From Oopsacas minuta (Eukaryota > Animalia > Porifera): a stretch of 64,000 bases of DNA. The translations under genes and the position numbers were made by a program. Of the stretch, positions 53,130 to 64,000 are shown piece after piece. The first letter of the stretch is position 1, and each line of letters starts with the position of its first letter. The stretch lies in NCBI GenBank assembly GCA_024704765.1, contig JAKMXF010000077.1, positions 770,516 through 834,515 of the forward strand. The letters are read 5' to 3'. The notes below the pieces were generated by a model that worked only from the letters and a program-made list of their open reading frames with translations, was not told the DNA's origin and ran no database searches.

Positions 53130-55404
53130 GTATATTTCCACTCTGATGGTTTCAATGATATTTCAGAAAGATCAGATGTGGCTTCTTCCGGTGTCTATAT
53201 AAACTCACCATACCATAATGGTAAACCTTTGAATTCTGACAATATTTTTATAGACAAGTTGATCCACTTATGTATTGAAAATAAGTCATTTCATTCTTTG
53301 AAATGCATAAGCAGGTGTTTGTCTGATAAAGGTTGGCCATTCCCTGTATACCTGCGTGAATCACCGCCTGCTCTTATACTGAATCTTCGTTTCACTGATA
53401 TTCCTAATATGTTGGTTATCTCTAAAGACCCTAGAAATGGAAGGCTTCAGTGCATTATGTTTGATTATAATTTATCTCCGAACAATCTCTTACGAAAGAA
53501 GTTCATTTGCAAATCCTTGCCCTCTATCGTTCAGAAACATTTGGATGAATTAGGGAAATGTATATTCGACCATGTCAATTATGCCACCGAGTATCTGACT
53601 CAATTTCGAGCTCAATTCCGCCTTTGGCATTTTGAGCAACAAATATTGGATATGAATCTATGTGTGAGCTCTAGGCTTCCTCTATTAAATGAAGAAGCCT
53701 TGCCAAATATTTCCAATTTTAGAGAGAAAGACTCCAAAATATCATCCTTCTATTTCAGAATATTTATCAAACTCCAAACCTCCTTTTATTATTTAATCCT
53801 ATCTATGTGTCCTGATATTTCCAGCCAGAATCCTGGTCATGTTAAAGAAAATTTATACCTTCTTCACACTCAAGAAGCGCCTTTCACCTTCCACGATATC
53901 TCAAATTCTCGTAACCACAAGAGTAAACTTGATAATATTAATACTAGCATATATAGAGAATTGAGTAACAATGTAGACTTTCAAGAAAAATGTGTTACTA
54001 ATCTCCCTACCTCTTTTCTTACAGTTTGTAAGATATTTCGCCTTGGGTCTGATGTGACTGTTCGTGATGGTTTTGATTGTTTTAGTATGGCTCCGCTCCA
54101 AAGGCGACGAATGCGATCTTATGGGAGTCAATTTATATTAAGAGATGAGAATATTCGATGGTTGTCGTTATATGAGCTATCTGACCATATATTTACACTA
54201 GACATTCTGATTTCTATATTTCATTTACAACATGCTTTGAAACAAGTTAATAATTTGGAACATTTTTTGGTATCTTCACAAGCTCTGCAACATTCTTCAC
54301 GGACACTAGTTTTGGTAATGCCTCCGTGCCCTTCAAATGTTTGCAAACCTGTATATTCGAATTTTTGTAATTGTCTGTATTATTGTCGTTTCTCTTTGAT
54401 GCCTAACAAACACTGGTTGGTCCAACTTGTATTTTCAACTCCAATAATATTCTCAAATAATACTCAATATAATTTGTCTTACAACGTGTGTGAAGGAGCG
54501 ACACTTTTCGAGCAGTTTTACTCTGATTTTGAGTCTATATTAATGTTGTATGGTTCAATTGTTGAATTTTCACTGTATTTACAATCTTCTACACTATTAC
54601 GAAAGAAATTCAAAGTTAAGAGGTATGATTATACTCACCTGTCCATCACTTTTTGTGGGGAAGAAATAGAATTTTCACCCGGAGCGTTAATTAGTCTTTA
54701 TTGGAATTCGAATGAAAGGAAATTTCATTTAGAATTTACCAATATGCCCCAGTCATTCGCTCAATCAAGTTATGAAGAAGCATTTAACTCTAACTATTCT
54801 ATTCCTCAACTGTTATTTGGACTTCTTAAACTTTTTCCATTCTATCGTTTAATTGAGCAATCCATAATGAACAGTCGTACTCGGTTTCAGGCAGGACCGT
54901 TTCCAGGGATCATTAGATTGGTATTTAAATTGTTCATTGATTTTGAAATTCATAATAATAACAAGATAATTATTCATCCACATAGACATGAATCGAATGA
55001 ACGAGTATTTAACCTTTTAGAGCAGTTTATCGAATCATTCAAAGTTGGAGAAATTAATTCAAGAGACAACCTCGATATTTGTTCACTTCAAATTCCTGCC
55101 ATCGCAAGATCATACTCCTTATCATCTGGGAGTCCTGGATTTCCACTAAAGCCTTTTTCTCCTGCATCTAAATTAACTTCAATCGCTCAAACGCCTTTTA
55201 CCGCTTCAAAAGCAAGTCCATTCTTTCCTAATTATTCTGCATTTTCTTCTAAAACTCATCAACAATTCTTTCCAACAACAAATGGCTTAGAAAATCTTTA
55301 TAATTCCAGAAAATATCAATCCAAGTCTATACCTTTCTCTACTTTCAAAGTTCTTCTCCTACCAAAAAAGAAGTTCAGCAATCCTCCTTTGGCAAATTTT
55401 TTAG
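53130..55404 (+). CDS. MED14: MED14 exon 4 (2275 nt)
   Basis: Acceptor TTTTCTTTCTTCATTTAG|GTA in phase 0. It contains IDKLI, PPALIL, IFIKL, WLVQLVF, FYSDFESILMLYGSIVEF, YDYTHL, ISLYWNS..KFHL, a Ser/Pro-rich tract and LLLP..PPLANFLG, all in MED14 order. Donor TTAG|GTAACC, phase 1. Confidence 0.9.
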
Positions 55405-55782
55405 GTAACCTATTCCCAAAAATTTCTATTCGACTCTGTGCTTTTCGTTATTATCTGTATTATAGAACTGACCATTGTTGCAGTCATATTTTCAAAATCA
55501 AAATTACAATGTCCTGGCTAATTATCACCTAATTAACTGTCTGTTATTCATTTTTATAATAGATAATAGTACACTGTAAATGTATCTAATTCAAGGAATT
55601 TGTGCAAGATTGGTCACATCATATTGTATTCAGAAGTTTCGAATACTCAAGAACTTATTTAGCAACTTACCAAAGAAAATTTGTGTAGTTTGCCAAGGGC
55701 AAAATCAGCTCAAACTGGATAATATATCCACTTTTATATTTTCTACACGAATAATTTGTTTGACCATTCCAGAATTTTTCAG

Positions 55783-55945
55783 TTATTCTTAGTGGATGCC
55801 AATTGTACTCGGAATCTATATACTCTCAATTTGAGACTTTAATCAAACCTGGAGCTATACCTGTGGTTATAACTTCATTAGAATATGAATATACACTGAG
55901 GAATAATCAGCGCACTTGTAATATCTTTATACGTTTTTACCCTAT
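55783..55945 (+). CDS. MED14: Probable MED14 exon 5 (3' boundary uncertain; the frame stays open to TAA at 55998-56000)
   Basis: Acceptor GAATTTTTCAG|TT is phase-1 compatible with exon 4. ETLIKPGAI..SLEYEYTL..NQRTCNIFI aligns with recalled MED14 ETL...EPGVI..ALKCRVAL..NQTLQLKV. Confidence 0.6.
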
Positions 55946-56363
55946 GTACCTTCATTCCTGTAAATATAACTATGACATGTTACGACCTTTTTTTGAATAA
56001 TGTCTGCTAAGCCCCCAACAGTTTGGTTTATTGCTAGTACATAGGCTTGAAACTGCTTGTTTTGAGTCGAGTCTTTATTAGATTTGTACTAAGCACACAA
56101 ATTTAATTTAACATTCTAATCCATTTTAACTACAGTAACGTATAACAGATTTCTGCAATATCAACTGTTTGACTTTAGTTGACTCAATATGAATTACTCA
56201 ATGAATTATAATTATAGAATATACAAAGCAATTTAATTATGTCATAGCATTTAGTTTCCATATATCCCAAAACAAATTAAATATAATCAATATTTAAAAT
56301 GTCGAGTAGAAATGGATAATTCAGAGTTATTTGTAAATTTCAATGAATTAATCAACTAAAGAT

Positions 56364-56404
56364 AAATTTACCATGAAATTTACCATGAAATTTACCATGA
56401 AATT
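56364..56404. repeat. 12-bp tandem repeat (AAATTTACCATG)x3.4
   Basis: Read directly from the sequence. Confidence 0.9.
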
Positions 56405-58784
56405 ATTATAAGATGATTAATATTCATATGAAAATTTCACCTTTTGAAATATAAAACACCGTTTGCTGAAGATTACACCTCATGAAAGAGTCCTTTTGTA
56501 TTTTTATATATATTATCTTGTATTCCATCCATTCATTAACAAACTCCTTCACTTTTATCACTTTCAATAAAAATCTTTCACGACTCTACAAATCTTTCCC
56601 AATTGTAAATATACAAACCCAAACTCTTATACAGGTCTTATTGACTAAGGTTTGTCGTCTATTTTCAATGTACAGTATTTCTCGAATAGTACCCTGGGGA
56701 CGATTATATATTTCGAGGATCCTTCAGAGGGGGGCGATTATTTGAAGAAGGGCTACTTATTATTCGAGGAAAAAGGTAAATTATGCCCTATACATCAAAG
56801 ATTCTATAATTTTGTTCACATTTTGGAATCATACTTATATACTTTGGTATACCTTGGTTTCGAACCAAATAATTTCATTACTTCAAGTGGAATCAAAATG
56901 AAATTTCCTTTCTTTCGATTTAAATTATTTCCATCTCATCGGAATGCGGTTAGATGTGTAATAATCAATTGCGATAACTAAAGTTTGATTTATATTTATG
57001 GTGAGTACGGCAAATATAGCATTTCTATTTTCCTTTTTTTAGTTCCAGGAGAACTTCAGCTGTTACTTTTATATATTGAATCGATTTTCAATTCATACAA
57101 AGAGTTTGCGAGTTACTTCTGTTGGCCCTAAAGTTAGCGATTCTATTTGAGGCATTATTTGTAAAAGAACTACATGGCAGCAATATTCCGGCACAACGAA
57201 ATTTATTTATTTAAAATGGATAATAATTCACACTATAACCGTGTATTTTTCGAGCGAGTAGTCGATCCATCTGTCTCGCCAGCGACATCTATAGATTTCA
57301 TGTCGTGTAAATCGCTTTCTTCATTTTCACCATCTCCACAACGAACAACCAAATCATTGATTTTGGTTTATAATCTCGACTAAACGCTTTCTAGAAAATT
57401 TCACTTCGATTTAAGCTGTGAATTTATTTTGATTATACGAACATCGTCTGAACTACAGTGGACTACGCTTAATGAAGCCGCCATTTAATCGGGTCACTTG
57501 GCAGAAACAAAACCCTTACAAAATACTGTTAGATAACTCCGGTTAATCGAGCCAACAGCTTTGTTCTGCTTAACCCAGTCAAAATGCACTAGTACTAATG
57601 TGATCCTAATTATCGGAGTCTACTTATATTAACATAGGCGCCAAGTTTGGGTACCTTGACGGGTTCTGAAGTCTCTGGACTCTCCAGGCTTTGAGTTGGA
57701 GACTGTATCCATGTGAAATTTACATAGGGGTAGTTGCAATTTCGTATAATAACCTCCCAGGTTTGATTTTGTTTTGCTAAAATGGGTGCCAATGTCTATG
57801 TATGATGTTCACATAACTTGTATGTATTCATAACTGTTGCTCTTATATCAGGCCTGGAGGAACGGATTTTGAAGTGGTCCAGTTACGCAGTAGCAGCCCT
57901 AAGAAACTGGTCCGGTTAAAATCTCACTTAACATAGCAGTACCTAAACTAACAGTACCAAAGGTGGTTTAAACCCGGACCGCTCCGGCTTCATCATGCGG
58001 TTTTTGTATTCAATTGGAAAAAGCAGCAGTGTGTTCTATTGTACATATATTTTTAACTCTTGGAGGGCGTAGTGCCTGTAGATAGAGTTCCGTAATAACA
58101 AACCGCCCACCTGTTTAACCTCTATTAAAACCCGGTTTATTTGAGGCCCTGGACAACGTAAATATATTAATCAAGTAGATTCAGGGGTAGTCCTGCTGTC
58201 CTACCCCTCCTTTATGTATTTGTATATTTGAATCCTTGTATATAGCTTATATATAATCCAGTTTTTCGTAATAATACAAAAAATCATTCCGTCATTCGAA
58301 ACGCAGCGTATCTCTAAAGCATAATGTTACGCCCTACGAGTGATGAACAATGAAAGGACAAACGATAGAAACAGACTTTGATAACAGTGAAAGTGAGGAT
58401 AAATAATCTAACCTAGAATATATATGTGAGTTTTATAGCTTCATAATTCCTGCTGCCTACTTGAGAGGCACACAACAAATAAATGCATTAACTTGTATTT
58501 CTTCAAATCAAAACTATGCAAGAATCATATAATCTTATAATTTGATTACCCATTTCTACTGTACATTTCAAATGTTGATTATATTTAATCTATTTGGGAT
58601 ATATGGAAACTAAATGCAATGACATAATTGAACTTACTTTGTATATTCTATAATCCATTGAGTAATTCATAAGGAGTCAACTGAGGTTAAACTGTAGATA
58701 TTGCAGTAATCTGTTATGCGTTACTCTAGTAGGAATGTATTAGAATGTTTCATTGAATTTGTCTGTTTTGTACAAATCCAATAG

Positions 58785-58977
58785 AAACTCGACTCAAACA
58801 ATCCAGTTTTTAAACCTAACTTTCTCAAAGTTTTCACTATTAAACCATAATATTTTGAACACACAAACGTCCATACTGCAGGAATACATGCCCATGATTT
58901 CAGAAAACATTATTGGTTTAAGTATTCTAAATTCATACGTGAACTACTGCTGGTTAGATCCACCAATTTCAATTTGA
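58785..58977 (+). CDS. MED14: Probable MED14 exon 6
   Basis: ILNTQTSILQEYMPMI aligns with recalled MED14 LLGAPTHILRDCVHIM, and VNYCWLDPP with VQFCLTIPP. A candidate acceptor CCAATAG|A is phase 2. Both boundaries are tentative. Confidence 0.55.
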
Positions 58978-59094
58978 AAATAATACAAGTTTATATAATA
59001 TAAATTTATTTTCAGAAACGTCCATATCTCCACAGTTGGTTATTTGCTTCCAGTAGTGGAAATTTTCATAATTAAATCCTGTCAGTTTAAATAT

Positions 59095-59620
59095 TGAGCA
59101 TGATTAGAAATATGTAGGTGTATCCAAATTTACAATTGCTTTTTATCTGACAACTTATATGAGTGTTGTACTATGTCAAATTCTCACCCAACTTTGTTAA
59201 TTTTCGGGTCTTTTGAAATTATATTTTTGTTCACCCAATTTAAATTCCTATAAATATAATTTCAACCTTCAATACTGTCAAACCTATACTGGGTGTAGTT
59301 CTAATGTTACTTTACAGCTCAAACCCAAATTATGTGAATTTCCATTAATTTTCTATACTTAAACCTTGAGATGATACAACATAACTGTATGTTATATAAT
59401 ATGAATAATGCGAATGTATATTGTTGTTGATAAAAGTTTCTCGCAATTTCTCGTACTATTATTACTCACATGACACACTATCTAAAATTATTCTCTAAAT
59501 ATTTGTTCACCGAAGTTCAGCGGCACCATAATAATACCAATATTTCATTCTATACTTTTAGTTACTATGGTATGTCAAACTAAAATGTTTATATGTTGAT
59601 GTAATGTTTGACTCAGCTAT
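59095..59620. repeat. ~530-bp dispersed repeat, copy B (inverted relative to 23275-23810)
   Basis: Extended reverse-complement similarity, roughly 80% by eye. Confidence 0.85.
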
Positions 59621-60243
59621 GATTTACATGATTCACAGAATACAATCTAACCTATTATAAACGTCTGTTTCTAGGATGAAAATTAAGACTTAGTAATTAT
59701 AGCCGCTCCGGTGTCGAAGAAATTCTACAGGATCCCTACAAATGCCTATACAGAACATTTGGTGGGGATCCTGAAACAAAATTCCAAATTCCATCAAAAT
59801 ACACTCAAACCAAATATTACACCGAATTCGAAAATTTTCCAAGAATTACGCCTTTTTGTTTAGTGTTTGTGTTGAATCATGGACGTTGTAAATCTTTGGG
59901 ATGGCAGTAGGCCTTTCTTCAACTGCGACAGTTCAGATATTGATTCTATTGTCAAATACTTGCTAGAAGTCATGGATAATGTTTAAACAAATGGGGTAAT
60001 ATGATCGGAACTCGAGATCTGGTTTTTCAAATATTCATTTTCCATTAACAACAATAGAACTTGGTTTCTACGTACTCAACTTGAGATGTACTCTCGGTTG
60101 ATATGTTTTACTTGTTTGTAATAACCGAGCTTTTCTCAAATCAAATCATTTTTCCAAATGATATTGCCCGGACCAGCCGCCGTATTCACTTAGAAGTGAA
60201 GAACTAAGTTCGGACTTAAGACGGATTCACTATAACATAACTA

Positions 60244-61522
60244 CAGGGTGTCTCAAAAGTTTTTTCACCATTAGTATTTCAATATATTTGAACCGAAATC
60301 AGTCTACCTCATTTACTACCTACCCATCTATTTTAGCATTGTCAATTTATAGTTGATTAATGTTCTCAACCATGAGTAGTATCAAATATTTAATAATGTG
60401 ATTCATTTTGCGATACTTTGTATAATTATCAAATTTCAATATTTTGGATGTCAAAATGACGAGATTATCCATCCGCGAGAGAGCGATAGGTATGCTACTA
60501 GCTGGTTCCACTCAAAGAACAGTTGCTGACACACTTGGAGTTACAATTCGAACCGTAAAGAATTGGATCCAAAAGCAAAAGCTGGAGAAATGCTCAATAA
60601 CAAGCCTCGTTCTGGACGTCCGCCTAAACTTTCCCGGGTCCCAAGAATAATAATAATTCGAAAATCCATAGGCAAACGATGGCGTTCAACTCGGAAATTG
60701 GCGAAATATATTTGAAGTAAATATGTTGCTATTAGTAAAGATACTGTTCACCGTTATTTACACAATTCTATTGGGGCTAAAGCGTATAAACGGCCATCAA
60801 ACCCTAAATTGACGGAAGTACAGAAGTCTAAAAGGGTCAAGTTCTGTCTTGAGCATAAATCTTGGACTTCACTTGATTGGGAGCGAGTTTTCTTCAGTGA
60901 TGAAAGCCCCTTTGAGTTTTTTTGCCCTACAAATTCACAGAATGATCGGGTTTGGAACGTCAGTTCGCGTAATATTACTCCAGTCGAAACGTCAAATATC
61001 CCCCAAGATTAATGGTCTGCGGGATGATGAGTCATTGTGGACTATCAGAATTCCATCTAATCTCCCCAAGACAATCTGTGAATGCGGACTATTATATCAA
61101 TGGAATACTGGATAAGTGCTGTCTCCCTACCTATAAACGTAAGAAGATGAGAGGGCCCCTGACTCAGAGGAAATTGTATCTAAAGATATCCGACATTTAC
61201 CAGGATTCTGGGCGAAAGATATCTGGCCTAGTAACTCGCCAAATTTGAATCCTATAGAAAATCTGTGGGCCATTATGCAGGCAGAGCTGGACAAGAGGAG
61301 GCCCGCTACTAATCTAAAACAACTTGCGAAAATCTTGGAAAATATCTGGAGTGGTATCAGCCCATCGATTCTCCAGAATTTAATCGATGGAATGCCAAAC
61401 CGCATTAATTCTTGTATTGAACTTAACAGTGAATACATTGGTAAATAGTCTAGTGATTCTTTACATTAAATACAATTTACTGGCTTGATGAATAAGGTGA
61501 AAAAAACTTTTGAGACACCCTG
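60244..61522 (+). mobile_element. Tc1-family transposon with complete ends and a frameshifted transposase (about 60456-61448)
   Basis: TA|CAGGGTGTCTCAAAAGTTTTTTCACC ... GGTGAAAAAAACTTTTGAGACACCCTG|TA. Motifs are RERAIGMLLAGSTQRTVA, VFFSDES, QNDRVW and WPSNSPNLNPIENLW. Confidence 0.93.
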
Positions 61523-61679
61523 TAAGTTTAACCTAAATGCAAACTTATATCTACTGTGGTTGATACAGCATTAATATTAAATCGAACTGCTTGAAATAAC
61601 CAAAACAATCATTTTGTATCACTCTTGCATAACTAACAATATCCGCGAGTGTGAAGTTGGCATGCTTTTCGGCCATGTA

Positions 61680-62290
61680 TACTTCAATCACTAATTTAAC
61701 CCACTTCCACTTATCAGATTTAACGAAATTAATCAGAGGAGAATTAAACTTCGCAATATGATGTTGTGTAAAGTTTTAACTTTTTGTAGGATTTCTTTGA
61801 TCATTAATTTATGTATACAAATTCATGAAAATACACCAACTAAAAGTCAGAATTTGATTCTGAAAATTCTTGCACACATTAAGTGTCATATGAAGGGTTA
61901 TGTAAATTAAATTTATTTTAATTATTGAAACCTCGCGGAGTTATGGCAATTCAAATTTTTGTTGGTGAGGGCTTTTAAGAGGTACTGATAGAGCAGGGTC
62001 AGTTCAAACAAATATTTCTCACCCTAAATCTAACTGGATCTCAATTATTTTGATATTAATCAAGAGATGAGATGTATACGTTTATAACCATATCAATTTT
62101 ATCCAGAAATACTGAAAATTATCACCCGCATTAACCTTCTAAAATCGCTAATTTCTGATTTTTGGTGAATTACGAGCTCCAACTTTGAACTAAATTCTGG
62201 AAATTATTTATCAACAGAATGCCGTCAAAATTTACAGGTATCTTCCTTTATATTCCATAATTCAATTCTCTTAAAAAAACATGGGTCATC
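61680..62290. repeat. Diverged single copy of the foldback arm plus part of its spacer
   Basis: Colinear with 13221-13850 and sharing ACTTCA.TCACTAATTT, TAAAAGTCAGAATT.GATTCTGAAA, AGGGTCAGTTCAAAC and ACCCTAAATC. Identity is roughly 70% by eye. Confidence 0.8.
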
Positions 62291-63489
62291 TTCTTTGAGA
62301 CTTTTTTATTCTATATATTTTTTGTTTATTCATTTTCAATTGCCTTCTTTAATTAATAAATGTATTGTAAATTTGTACTATGACCAACATGAAAGACTAT
62401 CACATATTTACGTATGAGAAGTAAGATTATCATACTTATTATAGCTCCCTAACTAACAGTCTTTCATTAATAATTCAAAAATTTAGAGCTAAGATGTGGT
62501 GACAATATATATATTGATGTATTCAATTAATCTAATTTTAAATACAAAATATATTATGAACCAGTTATATAAAATAAATGTTTCAGACGTAATTACTTAA
62601 CGCTATTGGATTTCCGATATTGGAGTACAGTTTTTCGGGAAAAGTTGCGATTGCCCCAAAGATTTTTCGCAAATATCTCAAAAATTCGGTCCTCCTACAT
62701 TATTTTGATAAAAATTTGAAAAATTTCATATATTACATATGCTGCGTTATCAACACCTTGAAATTTTTATATACAGTGTTTTCTCTAATCTATTCAGAAT
62801 TTTTGACATCTGTTTAATGCTCAGATTACATACTTCATTATTACATCGTAAACAATATCTAGTGTCTAAAATATATATATATTTTGACGTTACATACCTT
62901 TTTTTCATTTTTATGTCAAAATCTCGCATATTTCACACCTTTTTTGCGTTCTGGAATGTAGAACACCTCGAGACCCTAGTTGAAGCTAGTCTCTTAGTCA
63001 CGTAGACGAATGTAACATTTGCGATATATCAAAGCCAAAAATGCGAATACATCGGTAATTTGGTAAATCGAATTCCGAAAATAGTATAGCTCCACCTGAC
63101 TTAAAAATGTTGTTTTATCTAGCAATGAGAGAAGCAGAGTCACGCTAATTAGTGGTTTCATTTAAAAGTTCTTCCATTAATTCTTTAATTAAATATCATC
63201 AACTAACCTGTATGATTGTGTAGTGTAAACCACCAATATTTTATCTTTGTAAATATCTGTAGAAATCATATTTCAGCTTTACTTATTTATGATCAAAAGC
63301 TCCAGTTCATTATTGTAAATCTGAATGTGTAAATACTAAAATCCATATTCAATTATTCCATATGCTGCGTGTCTCTAAAGTTTTCATATAAACCATTTTG
63401 TTTATAATGTTTTTTAGCATGACATACATCATTGATTTTCTATATACAATTAATACATACTATTAGGAAGATTTTGCCTAGTCATTTAT

Positions 63490-64000
63490 TCAATATGACC
63501 ACCCTTTTGGAATGACAGCCCTGAGTCTGTTCGGGAATCCTTCTACTGCGGCACGCAGAGTTTCTTGGGATAACTTCTCCTATTTTCGTCACAAGGAAAT
63601 CTTTAGAGAGCTAACTGTGTTGTGTGACACTGAACAAGCCTTGTTTTCCAAGATAGACCATACAATTTAAATCGGGACTGGGTGGTGGTCATTCATCCTT
63701 GTGTATAAAATTGGGAGCATTGTGCTTCAGCCAATCTTGGGTTGTTTTTGCCGTATGGGCAGGAGCACATCTTGTTAGAACACAAATTGCTGTGCAGAAA
63801 ATATGGTCTGGCTCAGACCTTTTACCACAGGCTCTATTACAAGCTCTTGGTATGTTTTTGCATTGATTTTCATTCTTGGGCAATGAAAATCATTGGTGTC
63901 CGGCCAACAGCAGAGATGTGGGTTCCGCCGAATCCCATCTTGCACCACATTCTTGAAAGCTAGGGTCGTTACAGAGCATGGACGACCAGATCTCGTATTG
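63490..64000 (-). pseudogene. 3' part of an IS630-Tc1-mariner transposase; continues beyond the window
   Basis: APAHTAKTTQDWL...PPPSPDLN...LRAAVEGFPNRLRAVI. Confidence 0.75.

Larger units (their letters stand above)
16246..58977 (+). other. MED14: MED14 gene span (at least 6 coding exons, roughly 1200 aa; 3' end tentative)
   Basis: Exons 1-4 join in frame with canonical GT-AG sites and matching phases (2,0,0,1). The translation matches MED14 motifs in the correct order along its length. Confidence 0.9.

Noticed and set aside
53178-55532. 784-aa ORF as a stand-alone gene
   Set aside because: It is MED14 exon 4. The true start is the splice acceptor at 53130, and the last ~42 codons are read-through into intron 4.
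55580-55792. CLTIP motif matching the MED14 C-terminal FCLTIP
   Set aside because: It is out of order relative to the exon 5 and 6 homology and overlaps the branch-point/acceptor region of intron 4, so it is most likely coincidence.
1-64000. Fanzor/TnpB nuclease, Polinton/viral genes or retroelement RT; species assignment
   Set aside because: No RuvC triad, capsid, PolB or RT motifs were recognised by eye, although degenerate copies could be missed. The organism cannot be identified without a database search.

Overview
AT-rich eukaryotic (invertebrate-like) genomic DNA. No prokaryotic operons, CRISPR arrays, rRNA or tRNA genes were recognisable. The main host gene is a highly divergent, multi-exon MED14 (Mediator subunit 14) on the + strand. 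It starts at 16246, has four firmly spliced exons ending at 55404, and two probable 3' exons reaching about 58977. Its introns are inflated (10.4, 19.0 and 6.5 kb) by decayed DNA transposons. Upstream, on the - strand, is a symmetric phase-1 immunoglobulin-domain exon (6645-6899). Further along that strand lie a degenerate transmembrane-like segment and an exon-like ORF with an ITIM-like motif (IQYADL), which together suggest an Ig-superfamily receptor gene or pseudogene. The rest is transposon debris: mariner, Tc1 (two complete-ended copies), Tigger/pogo, Chapaev3-like, two Transib/RAG1-like relics, a further CMC-type relic, P-element/THAP relics, a Ginger2/KRBA2-like integrase relic, hAT MITEs with 8-bp TSDs and a Helitron-like repeat family. 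The most striking structure is a non-coding ~2.07-kb foldback at 12856-14920. Its arms are ~947 bp, of which ~836 bp are perfectly complementary, and it lies 1.3 kb upstream of the MED14 start codon. Protein family calls rest on motifs recalled from memory, not on database searches.
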